Source: Theionarchaea archaeon
Lineage (GTDB): Archaea > Methanobacteriota_B > Thermococci > Methanofastidiosales > SZ-28-30
Assembly (NCBI GenBank): GCA_018992685.1
Contig: JACVGT010000008.1
Span: forward strand, 32,001 to 96,000
DNA: 64,000 nt
Direction: 5' to 3'
This document shows, piece by piece, positions 1-10,387 of the stretch. The notes under the pieces are model-generated. The model saw only the letters and a program-made list of their open reading frames with translations. It ran no database searches and was not told the origin of the DNA. The position numbers were made by a program, and so were the translations under genes. The number at the start of each line of letters is the position of its first letter. The stretch's first letter is position 1.

Positions 1-163
1 GATTGATGTACTCATGGGTTTTTTCAATCACAGCTCCCGGTGGAATCACAGAGGTCAAAGGGATCAAATTGAAGTTGTTTACTCCTGCTTCAGCCAGGGC
101 AAGATCAAAACTACCTAAGGGAGTTGTTCCCTTCCCTGTACCCCAGACAATCTGTATGTTCAT
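1..163 (-). CDS. pdaD: Pyruvoyl-dependent arginine decarboxylase (N-terminal part; runs off window start)
   Basis: Manual translation MNIQIVWGTGKGTTPLGSFDLALAEAGVNNFNLIPLTSVIPPG matches the PvlArgDC pattern G.G.T.L.SFD.AL..AG..N.NL..L(S/T)SVIP; not in ORF track. Confidence 0.88.
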   Translation of the reverse strand, partial: MNIQIVWGTGKGTTPLGSFDLALAEAGVNNFNLIPLTSVIPPGAVIEKTHEYIN

Positions 164-267
164 AGTAGAGCAAGATGACTGAATCCTATAAGTATCTTTC
201 TCACATATTGGAATCAATACCTTGAAACCAGGAAAACCTTTTTCAACAGCCCCCTCGTAACAGCCTC

Positions 268-1017
268 ATGGAAGACCATACCTTGTCTACAGCAGAGAAT
301 GTCCCCGTATATTATGACATTGCTACGGCGGGTTCACGAGCCGTGGCCTTTCTCGTTGACTACAGTATCATCGTACTGGCCTCTCTCGCATTGATTTTGG
401 TCACGGATGCCCTCGACCATTTCGGGCTCAGGGGGTTCTCTTCCTATGCTGTTGCACTGATCTACGTCGTGGTGGGAACATTGACCTGGGGATATTTTGT
501 TGTCAGTGAGCTGGCACTGAACGGCAGCTCTATTGGAAAGAACATAATGGGGTTGCGAGTCATAAAAGAAGATGCAACTCCCATAGATGTTGTTGACTCT
601 CTCACACGGAATTTTGTCAGATACATTGATTTATGGCCCGGTACATGCCTCGTGGGATTCACCGTGATGATGCTCAATGCGAAATCAAAGAGATTGGGGG
701 ATTTTGCTGCAGGCACGATTGTAGTAAGAACGAGGTCAGTTGGTCTGGACAAGCTGGAACTTGGAGAATCATCCTACGACTACACAGTCAGCAGGAGTCC
801 ATACCTCAGCCAGATCACCCCCGACGAATATCAGCTGATGAGAGAGTTTCTTGTGAGATATGAAAAGATCCCCATTCATAAGGCGTACATGATTGCAGCA
901 AAAATCGCCTCTGAGATGGCAGAGAAGCTTCATCTAGAAGCTCCCAGAGGAATGGAGAATTGCATATTGTTCCTGAAAAGTTGCGCCAAGTACTACAGAC
1001 ACAAACCAAAAGTTTAA
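268..1017 (+). CDS. RDD family membrane protein
   Basis: T.ENV....IA..GSR..AFLVD, TM helices, G.SIGK..MGLRV, KRLGDFAAGTIVV motifs. Confidence 0.9.
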   Translation: MEDHTLSTAENVPVYYDIATAGSRAVAFLVDYSIIVLASLALILVTDALDHFGLRGFSSYAVALIYVVVGTLTWGYFVVSELALNGSSIGKNIMGLRVIKEDATPIDVVDSLTRNFVRYIDLWPGTCLVGFTVMMLNAKSKRLGDFAAGTIVVRTRSVGLDKLELGESSYDYTVSRSPYLSQITPDEYQLMREFLVRYEKIPIHKAYMIAAKIASEMAEKLHLEAPRGMENCILFLKSCAKYYRHKPKV

Positions 1018-1041
1018 ATGGGATCGACGGTTTCCCTCTGT

Positions 1042-1989
1042 ATGGACCGCAATCAGTTTCTAAGACCCATGGGATTGGGTGAACTCCTTGATTCCTCTGT
1101 CAGATTGTACAGAAAGAACTTTCTCTTGCTGGTAATAGCCCAGCTTCCTTTGGCGGTGTTTTACCTCTTGCAGAATGCTTACAATTATTACACTGGTGCT
1201 GGAGGAAGTGGACTTTTGGAGATTTATGAGATATTCAATGATCCCCTTGGCTACACAGCTCCTCAGCAGGCTGCTCCCATATCAGCTTTTTGGAATTTTC
1301 TGATTGTCATGCTGTTCACCCTTTTTCAGATAGGGTTAATATACCCTCTGACTCTCTCTGCAGTTACCAAGGTCGCTTCTGACACCATCCTGGAGGGTGA
1401 AGCATCAGTGAAGAACGCTTACAGATACTCCTTGAAGAACTGGCTCAAACTAGGTGTAACCAATGTCATCTACACCATAGCTCTTATCGTCGTCCTGGCA
1501 GTGGCCGTGAGCATACCTGCAGTTGTAGTCATTTCAATTGTTGCATACGCAGCACTGTCTGGGGGCGCAGGATTCATGTCGGGATTAATTGTAGGCATCA
1601 TTGTAATACTAACGGGTTTTTTCATTGCTGGAATCGTGTGGGTCCGTCTGTCAGTGATGTATCCAATCATGGTCAATGAGAAGGTCTTCATTTTTGAAGC
1701 AATGAGCCGCAGCTGGAAATTGGTGGGAGGACACACCTTCCGTCTGTATGCAGCCTTGATAATAGTTTTCTTGATTCCTACTGTGCTACAGTCCTCCTCA
1801 CTTATCCTGGAAGGTCTGTTTAGCAGGTCGATGTATATGGTAATCATGGCGCTGGGCCTGCTAACTCAGGGAATACTGATTCCACTGGCAGACTGCACCC
1901 GAGTGTTGGCTTACTTCGACTTGCGAACGAGAAAAGAAGGATTCGATCTGGAGATGAGAACGCAGAACCTGTCACTGCCAGCAGAGTGA
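1042..1989 (+). CDS. Multi-pass membrane protein of the RDD/MoxR cluster (DUF7544/GDPD-membrane-domain-like)
   Basis: LRPMGLGELLD at N-terminus and YFDLRTRKEGFDL at C-terminus; TTTAAAT about 30 nt upstream favours ATG at 1042. Confidence 0.75.
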   Translation: MDRNQFLRPMGLGELLDSSVRLYRKNFLLLVIAQLPLAVFYLLQNAYNYYTGAGGSGLLEIYEIFNDPLGYTAPQQAAPISAFWNFLIVMLFTLFQIGLIYPLTLSAVTKVASDTILEGEASVKNAYRYSLKNWLKLGVTNVIYTIALIVVLAVAVSIPAVVVISIVAYAALSGGAGFMSGLIVGIIVILTGFFIAGIVWVRLSVMYPIMVNEKVFIFEAMSRSWKLVGGHTFRLYAALIIVFLIPTVLQSSSLILEGLFSRSMYMVIMALGLLTQGILIPLADCTRVLAYFDLRTRKEGFDLEMRTQNLSLPAE

Positions 1990-2004
1990 TGAACTGCCCA
2001 TCAA

Positions 2005-2583
2005 ATGAGAACCCTGGAGGGGATACCCATGATAGTGTACAGTAGCCCGAGCCCAGAAGAGATTGAGGAAGACCTTGAGGAGATTCTGAGAGAACTTGGG
2101 TACATTAGGTCAGAGTACCCACCTACCGTTCCTCTCCCTGTATCCAAGGCAGTGCTGATCATTTTTGTTCTTGTTCTCATGCTTCTCCTGACGTATCTGG
2201 TGGTAACCTGGATTTCACGTCCCTCGGGAAAAGTCACTATCCCCCGGAAAAGAGAAGAAGAAATTCTGGTGAAAAAAAAGGATTACTATGGACTGTACAA
2301 GACAGCCCTGACCCTGGGATCTAGAAAGGAGTATGCAGAAGCAGTACGCATTCTATACATGGCACTCCTTGTGCTCCTAGACACTCAGAATGTAATTTCA
2401 TATCATCCATCTTTAACAAACTATGAGTACAGGCAGAAAGTTCATGCCTACGCTTTCAGTGGCCTCTTCAACAGGATGACCAGCATCTTTGACGTTGTAT
2501 ACTACGGTGGTACTCCTGCAACAGGACATGACTTTTCCCAGTGCGTGGAAGCTTTCACGCACATTCAGGAGGCGCTATCATGA
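2005..2583 (+). CDS. DUF4129 domain membrane protein
   Basis: One TM, then EAVRILY.ALL..L, SLTNYEY, FDVVYYG motifs; cluster context. Confidence 0.8.
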   Translation: MRTLEGIPMIVYSSPSPEEIEEDLEEILRELGYIRSEYPPTVPLPVSKAVLIIFVLVLMLLLTYLVVTWISRPSGKVTIPRKREEEILVKKKDYYGLYKTALTLGSRKEYAEAVRILYMALLVLLDTQNVISYHPSLTNYEYRQKVHAYAFSGLFNRMTSIFDVVYYGGTPATGHDFSQCVEAFTHIQEALS

Positions 2584-3506
2584 AGTGGGCACATGTTCTC
2601 ACACTCGTGGTGTTCGTGGTGGGAGTGGTGTCAGTGGCTGTCATTGCAGAACAAGTCAATCTCCCGCCTGCTCATTCTTCAAAAGACGCTGAAGAAATGG
2701 GAACCCTGGCCTTTTACCTGCTGATGGAAAAGTACACGGAAGTGGAACGAATTAAAGACACCATAGAAGCGTTGGATCCCGGAAGCCTCCTTCTGATCTA
2801 TCCTGTTCGACCCCTGGCTCCAGAAGAAAAGGAACATGTACTCACCTGGGTGAAGGAGGGGAACAGACTGATCATATTCACTGAATCGCCTGAAATAGCA
2901 GAGGATTTTGGAGTGAACATCACCCCAGCCGAGGACGGACTGGCCTCAATAACCCCCAATGATCACTGGTCAACCAGAGATGTCCACATGGTCAGGGTTC
3001 GCTATCAGCAGTCCATCGACACCGATGTCAATATCATCCTGGCTGATGCTGAGAATGTCCTGGCAGCAGAAATCCCATATGGATTGGGAGAAATCGTCGT
3101 CATCACTTGTACCTCACTGGTTGAAAATTATTCTATTGACCGGGCTGATAATGAGATATTCCTGGTCCGGCTATCCCTCTCTGAGAAAGTGTATTTTGAC
3201 GAGTACCACCTCTACCTGATTGATCAGTCAACGGGGATGACTCTCAGCAAGATCAAGACTGCATTTTCCTCCAGGTACAGCTCGTTTTTCATTCAATTGA
3301 TCATTACAATTACCATATTCATGGTGAGCTATGGTAAGCGATTTGGGAAGGCAAGACCATCTGTTACCAGGGGCGTACAGTCCTCGCAACTGGTGACTTC
3401 TGCAGCAGAACTGTACTACAGGGCACGGAAAAAGGAAATTCTGGATCTGATTGAAGCCCATTCCCCGCTTATTCACAGCAATAAAAACTCTGATATAAAG
3501 CCCTGA
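2580..3506 (+). CDS. DUF4350 domain membrane-anchored protein
   Basis: N-terminal TM, G.LAFY.LM, WVKEGNRL, FDEYH, YGKRFG motifs; ATGA overlap with upstream stop. Confidence 0.8.
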   Translation: MKWAHVLTLVVFVVGVVSVAVIAEQVNLPPAHSSKDAEEMGTLAFYLLMEKYTEVERIKDTIEALDPGSLLLIYPVRPLAPEEKEHVLTWVKEGNRLIIFTESPEIAEDFGVNITPAEDGLASITPNDHWSTRDVHMVRVRYQQSIDTDVNIILADAENVLAAEIPYGLGEIVVITCTSLVENYSIDRADNEIFLVRLSLSEKVYFDEYHLYLIDQSTGMTLSKIKTAFSSRYSSFFIQLIITITIFMVSYGKRFGKARPSVTRGVQSSQLVTSAAELYYRARKKEILDLIEAHSPLIHSNKNSDIKP

Positions 3507-3519
3507 GAGGTGAAAAAAA

Positions 3520-4461
3520 GTGTTTAATGATGTGGTAACCCAGATGAAAACGGAACTCCACAAAGTCATTGTGGGGTATGATTCACTTCTGGAATTGCTG
3601 TTGGTTTCCTTCTTCTCTTCTGGACACTGTCTCCTGGAAGGAGTGCCGGGGACAGCCAAGACCTTGATGGTGAGAGCGTTGTCCAAGATACTGAGTCTTG
3701 ATTTCTGTAGAATTCAGTTCACTCCGGATTTGATGCCTTCAGACATTATTGGAACCAATGTCTTTGACTTGGACACGGGGACATTCCACCTGAAGAAAGG
3801 TCCCATCTTCACCAATCTGCTCCTTGCCGATGAAATCAACAGGGCCCCTCCCAAGACACAGGCTGCTTTGCTGGAAGCCATGGAAGAACGACAGGTGACC
3901 ATAGATGGAGTGACGCATCCTCTTTGTGAGTTCATGGTATGTGCCACTCAGAACCCCATTGAGTACGAAGGAACCTATCCTCTACCTGAGGCGCAGCTGG
4001 ACCGGTTCATGATGAAATTGGCGGTCCCCTATCCTGACATCAAGGAAGAGGTTGACATACTCCAGCTCTATCAGACGGGGTTTGATGCACATAACTTGGA
4101 TGCCATCCACTTTGACTACCGTGTGGACCAGGAACAGATTGAGGCTATCAGGAAGGAGATCTTCCAGGTGAGAATTCAGCCTGAGGTCATGGAGTACATC
4201 ACCAGGATTGTCAGAGCCACCAGAGAGTCACCTCACGTTGTCCTGGGTGCCAGCCCTCGAGCATCTGTGGTGCTCTTCCAGACGGCAAAGAGTTTTACAG
4301 CCATGCAGGACGAACAATTCGTTACTCCTGATACTGTGAAACGGATGGCTTTTCCTGTGATGCGCCACCGGATTATTCTGAAACCTGAAGCTGAAATTGA
4401 AGGGTTGACAGCAGACCAAGTGATTGCAGAGTGCCTGGAAAAGGTGGAGGTGCCCCGGTAG
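3520..4461 (+). CDS. moxR: MoxR family AAA+ ATPase
   Basis: GHCLLEGVPGTAKT, RIQFTPDLMPSDI, LLADEINRAPPKTQAALLEAM, ATQNPIEYEGTYPLPEAQLDRF; GAGGTGA SD. Confidence 0.96.
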   Translation: MFNDVVTQMKTELHKVIVGYDSLLELLLVSFFSSGHCLLEGVPGTAKTLMVRALSKILSLDFCRIQFTPDLMPSDIIGTNVFDLDTGTFHLKKGPIFTNLLLADEINRAPPKTQAALLEAMEERQVTIDGVTHPLCEFMVCATQNPIEYEGTYPLPEAQLDRFMMKLAVPYPDIKEEVDILQLYQTGFDAHNLDAIHFDYRVDQEQIEAIRKEIFQVRIQPEVMEYITRIVRATRESPHVVLGASPRASVVLFQTAKSFTAMQDEQFVTPDTVKRMAFPVMRHRIILKPEAEIEGLTADQVIAECLEKVEVPR

Positions 4462-5744
4462 TGGTTCCTTCTTCTCGATGTGTAATCCTTTTTGCTCTGG
4501 GCTGTCTCGTGGCTGTACTAGGGAAGGCTCCATACTACAATGCTGTGGTCCTTGCCGTAATCATTACTGATTTTCTGATTTCATATAGACAGTCTTTCGT
4601 TCTAACGCGAGATTTTGACCCTGTCCTTTCCATTGGGGTGGAGAATCCAGTCTCCATAGGAGTGGAAAACAATTCACCAGCCCCCCTCCGTCTCCTCATA
4701 AAGGATGAGTACCCTACAGGATTTTCCAGCAGCTGTCCTGAACTCTCAACCACGATCCCTGCCTTTGAATCTGAGACTCTCAGGTATACGGTCACCCCCT
4801 ATAAACGAGGAGAATACCTGTTTGGAACCTGCTTTGTCCGGAGAAGAAGCAGGCTGGGACTGTGGCTTTTTGACGAGGCTGTTCCGATGAAAGAAGATGC
4901 CCGGGTCTATCCCAATGTCCAGATGGTAAGAAAGTATGATCTTCTGTCAAGAAAACAGATGTTGAACCTGGCCGGGATAAAGCCTTCCAGAATCTTTGGG
5001 CAGGGTACAGAATTTGAAATGCTCAGAGATTACCAGGTGGATGATGAGTACAGGGCGATAGACTGGAAGGCCACATCCAAGAAAGGAACACCTGTTTCCA
5101 GAGTGTACCAGGTGGAAAGAACTAAGAGAGTAGTGCTGATGCTGGACACGGGAAGAATCATGGGGGTCAATGTGGGGGATTTGACCAAACTGGAGCATGC
5201 TGTCAATTCTGCCCTGCTGGTCTCTTTTGTTGCCCTGCGACTGGGTGAACGGGTGGGGTTATGTACTTTCTCTTCAGAGATAAAAGAGTACATACCTCCG
5301 CAGGGAAGACAGATCCAGTTCCCAATCATCTTGAAAACACTATACAATGTTAAGGGTGATTCTTTTGAATCTGACTACAAGAAAGCCTTTGAGTTCGTGG
5401 CCTCTCAAAACAAGAAGAGGACCTTGGTGATTGTGTACACTGATTTGATTGAAAGCCATATTTCCAGAGGATTGATTCAGTACTCAGCAGCTCTTCAAAG
5501 AGCTCACCTTCCCATGGTGGTTGCAGTCAAGGATACAAACATAGCCCACATTGCCAATAGCATTCCCGGGTCGGAACGAGAACTGTACCAAAAGGCAGTG
5601 GCTCTGAGTCTGCTAAAAGAGAGGAAGAAGGCCATAGCCGAATTGACGAGAAGAGGAATGCGAGTGGTGGATGAACTCCCCGAGAATCTGACCATTTCCA
5701 CCTTAAACAAATACCTGGAGTTGAAACACACATACAGAATCTAA
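4461..5744 (+). CDS. DUF58 (vWA-like) MoxR partner protein
   Basis: GTEFEMLRDY..DDEYRAIDWKAT, LDTGRIM motifs; GTG start overlaps the moxR stop. Confidence 0.9.
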   Translation: MVPSSRCVILFALGCLVAVLGKAPYYNAVVLAVIITDFLISYRQSFVLTRDFDPVLSIGVENPVSIGVENNSPAPLRLLIKDEYPTGFSSSCPELSTTIPAFESETLRYTVTPYKRGEYLFGTCFVRRRSRLGLWLFDEAVPMKEDARVYPNVQMVRKYDLLSRKQMLNLAGIKPSRIFGQGTEFEMLRDYQVDDEYRAIDWKATSKKGTPVSRVYQVERTKRVVLMLDTGRIMGVNVGDLTKLEHAVNSALLVSFVALRLGERVGLCTFSSEIKEYIPPQGRQIQFPIILKTLYNVKGDSFESDYKKAFEFVASQNKKRTLVIVYTDLIESHISRGLIQYSAALQRAHLPMVVAVKDTNIAHIANSIPGSERELYQKAVALSLLKERKKAIAELTRRGMRVVDELPENLTISTLNKYLELKHTYRI

Positions 5745-6011
5745 TTTTGTGCCCTTTGCAGAAGACGCTTGTGACAAAATCCAGGAGAGAGGGATTGACA
5801 TTCGACCTTCCTCGGACTTCGGAATTCTGTTCCTGTTAAGAGCAGATGTAACTGCTTCACATGCTTCAGCCTGCTTCCTTAAACGTGCCGGGCGCTCACA
5901 GAATTCGGGGGAACCACTCTGTCACGTGTGGATTCACTGTGAAGCTCTTTGAAGATTCATCTAGCATTGCACCTACAGTAATCTATTTAAGATTTAGTTA
6001 GAAGAATTCCT

Positions 6012-7691
6012 ATGGAAGCCCTTACCATTATCAAAAAATACACCTTAATGAATGCTTTAGAATACCAGGGGACAGCGTCTGCAAAAGCTGTCATGGGAAA
6101 AGTCATGGGGGAGAGCGAAGAACTCCGAAGAGACCCCAAGAGGACCATGCAATTAATCCAGGAGGAAGTCATAAAAATCAATCAACTGAATAAAGAAGAA
6201 CAGGAGTCAGAATTAAAAAAGATCTACCCAGAATATTTTCAGGAGAAAGAAGTCAAAGAAAAAAAGGAATTGCCCCCTTTGCCAGATGTCGATCACGTCG
6301 TTACCAGATTACCACCAGAACCCAATGGCCTCCCCCATATTGGGCACGGGCTATCTTTCTACTTCAACTACTACTATGCCCGAAGGTATAATGGCACCGT
6401 CATTTTGCGCTTTGATGACACAAACCCTGAAAAAGAAGAGCTTCTCTACTACGAAAAGATGAAGGAAGGAATTACCTGGCTGAAAATCGACTGGGACAAA
6501 GAACACTACGAATCTGGTGATCTTCCACTATTCTATGACTATGCTGAAAAAATGATTACCAGTGGGGATGCGTACATTTGTTTCTGCCCCCAGTCTAGGA
6601 TCAAGACCGACAGGTATCACATGAGAGAATGCGGGTGCAGAAAGCGAAATGTTTCAGAGAATGTACAATTGTGGAAGGAAATGCTTTCTGGTACGAAGTA
6701 CATCCTCCGATTAAAAGGAGACATGAAAGCTCCTGATTCACAAATGAGAGATCCCACCCTGTTTCGAGTGGTCACTGCTCCCCATCCCATCCAAAAGGAG
6801 AAATACTGTGTGTGGCCCACCTATGATTTCGCCTGCGCTATTGAAGATTCAGTACTGGGTATCACACACGTCCTGCGGTCCAACGAGTTCCACACACGTC
6901 TGCAGAACTACATCAGGGACGCCTTGGGGATGCGACACCCTGTTATCATCCAGTACTCCCGGTTCAACGTCAGAGGTTCACCCGCTTCCAAGAGACAACT
7001 GAGACCCTTGATTGCCCAGGGACTGGTTGAAGGCTGGGATGATATTCGATTGACGACCTTGGTTGCCCTGAAAAGACGCGGCATCGTTCCTGAGACAATT
7101 CACGCTCTGGCCAAAGAGATGGGACTCTCGACGTCAGAGCCGGAGATTGACTGGTCGATTATCGAAGCACTAAACAGGAAAATCATTGATCCCACTGCTA
7201 GAAGGTACTTCTTTGTTCCGAATCCTATCAAGATCACAGTTGAAGGTGCTCCTTCAATAACGGTGAAGCTCAAGCTGCATCCAGACATAGACTACGGAAA
7301 CAGAGAGATAACCACTGGTGGAGTATTCTTCGTGCCCAGATCAGATATTGCAGCTATCAAAGATGAATTCAGGCTCAAGGACCTGTTCAATGTACGTGTT
7401 ACTGGAAAAGGAGAAGAGATCCAGGGAGAGTTTGCAGGAAAGGAAGTCAAGAAAGACCTCGAGAAGATACAGTGGGTCACTGACGATCATGTCAAGGTGC
7501 GAGTCCTTGTCCCTCACGAGCTGTTCAAAGAGGGAGAGTTCAATCCTGATAGTCTTGAGGTGATTGAAGGACTGGCTGAAAAAGCAGCGGGGGAGCTTCC
7601 CGTGGGTGAGATTGTGCAGTTTGAACGGTTTGGATTCTGCCGGATTGATAGGACTGGAGAAGAGATTACTGCATGTTTTGCTCATCGATAG
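6012..7691 (+). CDS. gltX: Glutamate--tRNA ligase (archaeal type)
   Basis: RLPPEPNGLPHIGH (HIGH), RFDDTNP, WPTYDF, GITHVLR, QFERFGF. Confidence 0.96.
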   Translation: MEALTIIKKYTLMNALEYQGTASAKAVMGKVMGESEELRRDPKRTMQLIQEEVIKINQLNKEEQESELKKIYPEYFQEKEVKEKKELPPLPDVDHVVTRLPPEPNGLPHIGHGLSFYFNYYYARRYNGTVILRFDDTNPEKEELLYYEKMKEGITWLKIDWDKEHYESGDLPLFYDYAEKMITSGDAYICFCPQSRIKTDRYHMRECGCRKRNVSENVQLWKEMLSGTKYILRLKGDMKAPDSQMRDPTLFRVVTAPHPIQKEKYCVWPTYDFACAIEDSVLGITHVLRSNEFHTRLQNYIRDALGMRHPVIIQYSRFNVRGSPASKRQLRPLIAQGLVEGWDDIRLTTLVALKRRGIVPETIHALAKEMGLSTSEPEIDWSIIEALNRKIIDPTARRYFFVPNPIKITVEGAPSITVKLKLHPDIDYGNREITTGGVFFVPRSDIAAIKDEFRLKDLFNVRVTGKGEEIQGEFAGKEVKKDLEKIQWVTDDHVKVRVLVPHELFKEGEFNPDSLEVIEGLAEKAAGELPVGEIVQFERFGFCRIDRTGEEITACFAHR

Positions 7692-7703
7692 TGCCAGGCG
7701 AAT

Positions 7704-8645
7704 CTAGCTGTCATGGGTTTGTTTTCTCAGGAACTGATCTCTTTCTTTTTTCAACTGCTGAAGATACAGTCTCAATTGTTCAGAAAATATCTCTCTGTCT
7801 TTGGGATTTCGCGCATTCTCTATCGTGTTTATCAGTTCCTCCAGGTACGTGACCCTCCGAACCGGTATCTCAAAGTTCCCAAAATCCTTCCCCAGCTCTT
7901 CTTCAAAAATCTGTCCCATGGTGACAACTCCCATCCTTGGTGGTTTGTCAGTAGAAATGGAGAAAATATGCCTTATTCGATTGAAAAATCGCTTTGATGC
8001 TGCAGAATGACGCAATTCGTAATCAAGAATGTCAGATCTCTCATGTTCCATGCGACTTCTGCGCGGAACAGTGGTGTCTCCAGACATCCTTTGGTCCTGA
8101 TGGTCCATGACGTGGTTAAATGCATCCAGCCATTTCCTGGACAGAGATTTCCCCTTTATTTCCTTTATCGTCTCCCCCGATATTTCTCCTGCTGTGCTTC
8201 CTGCCTTCCCCCCAATGACGTCACCTATCACCTCACCGACCTTACCAGAAAGAGATTCTCCAATTCTCTCTCCTATCTCACCACCCAGTAGTCCCACGCC
8301 CAGTCCCGCTATTATGTCGAGATACAGAGTTTTTTGCGGCTTCAACAGGAACTTTCTGGTTCGGGCCACTTCATCATAGGTCACCACAATCGTGTTCTCT
8401 AATCGCTTCTTCTTGACCTTTCTCACTGCAGAAGTACGTATCTCGAAATGTTTTCTGCTCCTTCCTGCTGCTACTGAAATAAGATGAAACAATGTCCTAA
8501 TTTCGACCCTGCCAACAAAGACAAAGCGTTTGTTGGTAAGGAAGGCATCACCTGTGTTAAAATGGCCAAAGATCTTGGATTCAGAAAATTTGGCATGCGA
8601 TGAGAGTATCAGTTGCTCATCTGATTCAAGTAAAAGCTCAGCCAT
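7704..8645 (-). CDS. Hypothetical protein, PH/GRAM-like domain with glycine-zipper insert
   Basis: G.AFLTNKRFVF (PH-like), GxxxG-rich stretch; GGTGA SD before ATG at 8645. Confidence 0.6.
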   Translation of the reverse strand: MAELLLESDEQLILSSHAKFSESKIFGHFNTGDAFLTNKRFVFVGRVEIRTLFHLISVAAGRSRKHFEIRTSAVRKVKKKRLENTIVVTYDEVARTRKFLLKPQKTLYLDIIAGLGVGLLGGEIGERIGESLSGKVGEVIGDVIGGKAGSTAGEISGETIKEIKGKSLSRKWLDAFNHVMDHQDQRMSGDTTVPRRSRMEHERSDILDYELRHSAASKRFFNRIRHIFSISTDKPPRMGVVTMGQIFEEELGKDFGNFEIPVRRVTYLEELINTIENARNPKDREIFSEQLRLYLQQLKKERDQFLRKQTHDS

Positions 8646-8791
8646 ATGCTTTCCCTCACCATATGTTAAACTGTGGAGAATAAAAACATTTCCTTTCTTT
8701 ATGTCAGAGCCGAGAATATGTGGCAAAGCTATCAACTAGAGTGTAGTAGTACTCTGGTATCTCAAAAGAACAGACATTCGCCACCAGTTCC

Positions 8792-9001
8792 CTAGAGTCC
8801 CTTGAGTTTCTCCATCACTTTCTCCTTTCCGTCCTGATCCTGGAGCAATCGCTTGAGCTCTTTCCACGTTGAGCTGCAGTCTTTATACTCCACACCCACC
8901 AGGGAATGAAGTGCCCTGTCAATATCCTTCTTGTTTTCCTTGGTGACTGTGACCCCTGCCCTTTGAAAGACATCCGACATATGCCTGAAGTAACACGACA
9001 T
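8792..9001 (-). CDS. Small conserved hypothetical protein (69 aa, MSCYFRH... family)
   Basis: MSCYFRHM..VF..AG..VT.ENKK.IDR..H..VGVEYK.C..TW; TATA-like TTTAAAT about 25 nt upstream. Confidence 0.75.
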   Translation of the reverse strand: MSCYFRHMSDVFQRAGVTVTKENKKDIDRALHSLVGVEYKDCSSTWKELKRLLQDQDGKEKVMEKLKGL

Positions 9002-9167
9002 AAACCGTTCTTGGGATTGCAGATTTAAATACATTTTGAGGAGCAATTGAATAGATTTTGTCCACCGTTCTCTTACCGTTACTGTGCAGCCTGAAATTGG
9101 GCTGAATAAGTGGTCTTCTCTAACCCGGTCAGCCAAAACCCTAATAGGCATCAGTGAAACCCACACC

Positions 9168-10259
9168 ATGAAGAGAATATTCGTTTCCATTACTCTGATT
9201 ACTCTCGTTATCACGCTTGGCTGTGAAGAACAGCAGCCCACAGGGCAGCCAGTGAACGTGACTTCCGGAAAGCTTGGAATATGGATAAATCCCAAAGAGG
9301 GCGACATGGACCATTACGATGAAGCCCTGGGCGTGGCTAGAGAGGCACAGGTTCAGCTTGCACATGTATACGTCCAATGGGGACTCGTAGAAAAGGCAAG
9401 AAACGAATATGACTGGAGGATACCCGACTACGTTCTGGGCAAGTTCGAAACGTATTGGTTTGAAGCGGTGGTGGTTATCCCCATCATTTTTACTACCAAG
9501 CTGGATGTCATGCCCTCAGACATTACGTTCACAGGATTTCAGGATCCAGAAATCGTCAGCAGGTTTGTCACGTTCACAGAACTTTTGCTGAAACGATATG
9601 GATCAACTGTGAAATACCTGATTATTGGAAATGAAGTAGACCTGTATTTATCGATGCACCCTGAGTACATCACTGATTTTAGGGCACTGGTGGAGGCTAT
9701 GGCCAGAACAAGCGATGTCCCTGTAGGGACAGAACTTGCCATTCACTCAGTAATCAAGTCCAGGACCGAAGACATTGCCCGAGACATCATAGCTGGCGAT
9801 ATGATCTTCTATACCCTCTACCCCACTGGTGAAAACTTCTCTTTCAGCCGACGTGTGGAAGAGAAAGCCGGCTACTTTAATGCCATGTTTTCCCTAGCGG
9901 GGAACAGAAAAATAGCGGTGGTAGAAACTAGTTGGAGCTCCTCTCCCAGCCTGGAAAGCTCAGAAGAGACCCAAGCCCAGTACATCAAGGAACTCTTCCA
10001 GATTCTAACGCAGAACAGAGATAGAATTGAGTTTCTCATGTGGATTACCCTCTACGACTCAATCCCACAGACCTGCGAAGAAAGTGCACGATTCTTTGTT
10101 GAAGGAGTGGATGATGAGAAGCTCACGGACACTGTGACAATGGGGAGGTTTGCAGAGTTCATATGCCACCTTGGGTTGAGGAGAGCTGACGGGACTCCAA
10201 AACCTGCCTGGTATCAGTGGTTGGCCGAAGTGGAAACATACTACGCTTCCCACCGGTAG
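9168..10259 (+). CDS. Lipoprotein, clan GH-A-like glycoside hydrolase TIM barrel
   Basis: Lipobox ITLGC after a hydrophobic signal; IGNEVD (acid/base), VVETSWSS (nucleophile), GLRRADGTPKPAW. Confidence 0.75.
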   Translation: MKRIFVSITLITLVITLGCEEQQPTGQPVNVTSGKLGIWINPKEGDMDHYDEALGVAREAQVQLAHVYVQWGLVEKARNEYDWRIPDYVLGKFETYWFEAVVVIPIIFTTKLDVMPSDITFTGFQDPEIVSRFVTFTELLLKRYGSTVKYLIIGNEVDLYLSMHPEYITDFRALVEAMARTSDVPVGTELAIHSVIKSRTEDIARDIIAGDMIFYTLYPTGENFSFSRRVEEKAGYFNAMFSLAGNRKIAVVETSWSSSPSLESSEETQAQYIKELFQILTQNRDRIEFLMWITLYDSIPQTCEESARFFVEGVDDEKLTDTVTMGRFAEFICHLGLRRADGTPKPAWYQWLAEVETYYASHR

Positions 10260-10336
10260 GACATATCTTCATACAGTAACCCTGGAAAGATCAATAGTTC
10301 AAACCCGCGTTTCCGACTCTACCTATCAAACAAAAT

Positions 10337-10351
10337 CGAAAAGTATATATA
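10337..10351 (+). promoter_or_regulatory. BRE + TATA box of the 10388 gene
   Basis: CGAAAAG-TATATATA, consensus archaeal promoter. Confidence 0.7.
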
Positions 10352-10387
10352 CTATTTCTACAGTAAATACATTGGAAATAGCAATAA

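Noticed and set aside
40-70. Thr-Ser instead of Ser-Ser at the PdaD self-cleavage site
   Set aside because: Thr-Ser is already known in this family (chlamydial AaxB) and the pyruvoyl-forming Ser is kept
5745-6011. Intergenic gap with short ORFs and in-frame TGA codons (possible selenoprotein)
   Set aside because: Multiple stops, no redox motif and no SECIS-like element
10290-10320. GTTCAAACCC resembling a tRNA T-loop
   Set aside because: No pairing T-stem, acceptor stem or D-arm around it
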